Positions 62,749 to 64,000 of a stretch of DNA of 64,000 bases are shown one piece after another. Every line of letters begins with the position of its first letter. Position 1 is the stretch's first letter. Source of the stretch: Candidatus Omnitrophota bacterium (lineage in GTDB: Bacteria > Omnitrophota > Gorgyraeia > Zapsychrales > Zapsychraceae); contig JACKFK010000006.1 of assembly GCA_020632515.1 (NCBI GenBank), positions 139,876-203,875 on the forward strand, given 5' to 3'. Below the pieces are notes generated by a model that saw only the letters and a program-made list of their open reading frames with translations, had not been told where the DNA came from and made no database searches. The position numbers were made by a program, and so were the translations under genes.

Positions 62749-63774
62749 ATGAAGAAGATTAAAAAAGGAATTGTTGTTCCTAGCGCCGCTTATTCTATTA
62801 ATGCAAAGAATCTTCGTCTTTACAGTGAAGTAAAAAAGATTCCTCAGGCGGGGGATGTGGTCTTTGGAATTGTCCGGCGGATTGGAGAGCATTCTTCTCT
62901 CGAAAATAAATCTGGACGGATTCATATGATTCATAATGGATCAATGGGAATTTTTGTTTTTGGTAATCGGTATGCGCCTGATTTTTATGAAGGGCTTGTA
63001 CCGGAACAGTATATTCCTGAAGTAGATTTATTAGCACGGTCGGGTCTTATTGGGATTATGAAAACTAAGAATTCTATGCGTAAAGATCCTACCAAAATAG
63101 AAATTCTCGGGTATGTTTGTTCCAATAATGGAAAAGTTATCAATACATGTGAATATAGTATTATTGATCCTAAAAGTTGTGAAAAGAAATACCCTCGATC
63201 TAAGATGATTCTTGTTTGTGGAACATCTATGAATTCAGGAAAAAGTATCGCGGCTGTATCCTGTTGCTGGGCGTTGTCAACTCTCGGGTTTACTGTTCGG
63301 GCAGCGAAAGTAACAGGAACAGCCAGTTTGAAAGATATTCTTACTATGAATGACGCTGGGGCAGAACACTACGCGGATTTCACCTTTCTAGGACATCCTT
63401 CCACGTATAAATTAGGCAAAGAGAAACTTATTGAAGTCTTTAATAAATTAGACTTGAAATACGCGAATAATTCGAAAAATTATTGGGTTGTTGAATTTGC
63501 AGATGGAATTATTCAGCCGGAAACAGCTATTTTATTAGAATCTGAAGAGGTGAAGTCAAGAATTCACCGGCTGATTTTTTGCGCGAGCGATGCATTTGGT
63601 GCCATTGGCGGTTTACGGATACTTAAAGAGCGTTTTAATTTAAGACCGCACGCTGTATCGGGAATTTGTTCGAGCTCACCATTACATATTCGTGAATTAG
63701 CACAGTTTACAGACATTCCAGTTTTTAATAGTATTAATGCTGACTTAAAGTTGTTAGAAAAAATACTTATTTAA
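62749..63774 (+). CDS. Hypothetical protein with a P-loop-like motif (GTSMNSGKS), DUF1611-like
   Basis: 341-aa ORF. GxxxxGKS motif at mid-protein. Family assignment is tentative. Confidence 0.5.
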   Translation: MKKIKKGIVVPSAAYSINAKNLRLYSEVKKIPQAGDVVFGIVRRIGEHSSLENKSGRIHMIHNGSMGIFVFGNRYAPDFYEGLVPEQYIPEVDLLARSGLIGIMKTKNSMRKDPTKIEILGYVCSNNGKVINTCEYSIIDPKSCEKKYPRSKMILVCGTSMNSGKSIAAVSCCWALSTLGFTVRAAKVTGTASLKDILTMNDAGAEHYADFTFLGHPSTYKLGKEKLIEVFNKLDLKYANNSKNYWVVEFADGIIQPETAILLESEEVKSRIHRLIFCASDAFGAIGGLRILKERFNLRPHAVSGICSSSPLHIRELAQFTDIPVFNSINADLKLLEKILI

Positions 63775-63809
63775 AATGTTTTTAACAATTGTTAGCAGAA
63801 AGTGAAAAA

Positions 63810-64000
63810 ATGGAACCTAAATTAATTATTCACGGCGGTGCCGGGCAGTTGGAAGGCAGTATTTTTACATTTCTTGATTACCATAATGCTTTGTTGGAGA
63901 TTGTAGGAGATGCTTATGCTAAGTTGAAAGTAACCAACGCACGTGAGGCTGTCTTGCATGGAATCCGGTTGATGGAAGAAAATCCGATTTTTAATGCAGG
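63810..64000 (+). CDS. Isoaspartyl peptidase / L-asparaginase (Ntn-hydrolase, Asparaginase_2), N-terminal fragment running off the window
   Basis: LIIHGGAG ... A...G..LMEENP.FNAG is the typical N-terminus of this family. Confidence 0.7.
   Translation, partial: MEPKLIIHGGAGQLEGSIFTFLDYHNALLEIVGDAYAKLKVTNAREAVLHGIRLMEENPIFNA

Overview
AT-rich, densely coding bacterial window. I recognise no rRNA, tRNA, CRISPR array, transposase or integrase.

Dominant feature: a type II secretion / type IV filament-like gene set at 1316-22585, in the order gspE-F-G-H, then I-J, a PilM-PilN fusion, PilO-like, PilP/GspC-like and a secretin. An 11.2-kb gene on the opposite strand (5227-16407, 3726 aa) splits this set exactly between gspH and gspI.

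- Giant protein 1 has a Sec-type signal peptide, about 67 tandem cysteine-rich repeats (CGDG...ECDDGN...GDGC...C..E), an Ig-like domain, three parallel beta-helix modules and an 11-proline linker.
- Giant protein 2 (28528-37995, 3155 aa) lies 12 kb downstream. It carries related beta-helix modules, here four of them. In place of the Cys array it has seven copies of a ~90-aa aromatic module I cannot name, plus an Asp-box propeller-like domain, two FN3 domains and Ig-like domains.
- Between the secretin and giant gene 2 lie three tandem stand-alone receiver proteins, a SpoU methyltransferase, an ECF sigma with a small soluble HxxxCxxC anti-sigma, and a DedA/TVP38 protein with a CxxxxC flavoprotein disulfide reductase.
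- Both giant genes have unusual leaders. Giant gene 1 has a six-helix, ~200-nt structured region abutting its RBS. Giant gene 2 has an SD-preceded mini-ORF and a terminator-shaped hairpin with a T7 tract that ends on the ATG.
- The first 870 nt are ORF-free, purine-skewed, and carry a decaying ~104-nt tandem array.
- The remainder (38-64 kb) is mostly housekeeping or accessory: GltS-like FMN protein, GldA/F/G-like ABC system, ABC-F ATPase, two CPXCG zinc-ribbon proteins, a 35%-glutamine secreted protein, NIT-domain MCP, membrane spermidine-synthase-like protein, radical SAM, LysM-amidase, gdh, DUF21, lgt, ribD-like deaminase, hemB.

I read the secretion genes plus the two giant proteins as one candidate giant-effector export/attachment system. 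The pattern resembles what I recall being reported for giant genes near T2SS homologues in Omnitrophota-type metagenomic genomes. That is memory, not a search result, and the taxonomic guess is low confidence.

All domain calls come from motif recognition by eye in the supplied translations. Domain boundaries are approximate (about +/-30 nt).
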